Origin: the human T2T-CHM13v2.0 reference genome, Homo sapiens
Direction: 5' to 3' (one strand)
Length of the DNA stretch: 64,000 bases
Assembly (NCBI RefSeq): GCF_009914755.1
Contig: NC_060929.1
Shown one piece after another: positions 63,664 through 64,000 of the stretch; the first letter of the stretch is position 1; each line of letters opens with the position of its first letter. The translations under genes were made by a program, and so were the position numbers. Under the pieces are notes generated by a model that worked only from the letters and a program-made list of their open reading frames with translations, made no database searches and was not told the origin of the DNA.

Positions 63664-64000
63664 TATATGTCAAAACTTATCAAATTGTACACTTTATATG
63701 CAGTTCTTTGCACATATTGATATCAATTGTATGTCAATGAAACCTCAAAAAACTTTTTTTAAAAAGACGTTATTGGGTAAAATGACAAAGGTGGAATATG
63801 GACAGTAGGTTAAAGTATCAGTGATAACTGATTAATTCCAATTCTTAGGTAATACACACTGAAGTATTGAGAAGTAGAGGACCAGGATAGATGCAACTTC
63901 TCAAATGGTTCAGAACAAAAACATACTCTGCACACATAGAGAGCAAATGGAGCAAAATATTAACAGGTGAATCTGAGTAAAGAGAGTGTGTACGAATATC
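61860..64000 (+). mobile_element. Ancient L1 (L1MC/ME-like) fragments in the MGAT1 intron, with nested Alu and LTR pieces
   Basis: Decayed ORF2 and 3'UTR motifs (TGGTACTGGTACATAAATAAACAGA, TTTATTCATAATCACTCAAAACTGGAAATAACCCAAA, TATCTTGATTGTGGTGAT). Confidence 0.65.
62449..62752 (+). mobile_element. AluJ-type element
   Basis: Dimeric Alu with GGATCACTTGAGCCCAGGAG. Confidence 0.85.

Overview
Primate, almost certainly human, genomic DNA that I recognise as the OR2Y1-MGAT1 interval at distal chr5q (5q35.3). There are two intact protein-coding sequences, both on the minus strand: the single-exon olfactory receptor OR2Y1 (7726-8661) and the single coding exon of MGAT1/GlcNAc-transferase I (59986-61323), with its splice acceptor, a 4-codon uORF and a poly(A) signal. 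The ~51 kb between them is mostly nested transposable elements: Alus, old and young L1s, an SVA, MER4/LTR2/MST/MER21/MER74-like LTRs, and MER6/MER20 DNA elements. I see no evidence of a new multi-gene biological system. The most interesting signals are retrotransposition by-products: (i) a decayed ARF4 retrocopy that keeps its 5' end, lacks its 3' end and is fused in the same orientation to an L1 3' end (candidate template-switch chimera); (ii) a near-full-length L1PA carrying a ~600-bp 3' transduction inside an 18-bp TSD; (iii) a short-VNTR SVA with a double poly(A) tail and a mini-transduction; (iv) a 195-bp near-identical dispersed duplication upstream of OR2Y1, near candidate OR promoter and 5'UTR-exon signals; and (v) several homogeneous minisatellites. 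Repeat family names and comparisons with reference proteins are from memory, not from a search, and many repeat boundaries are approximate.
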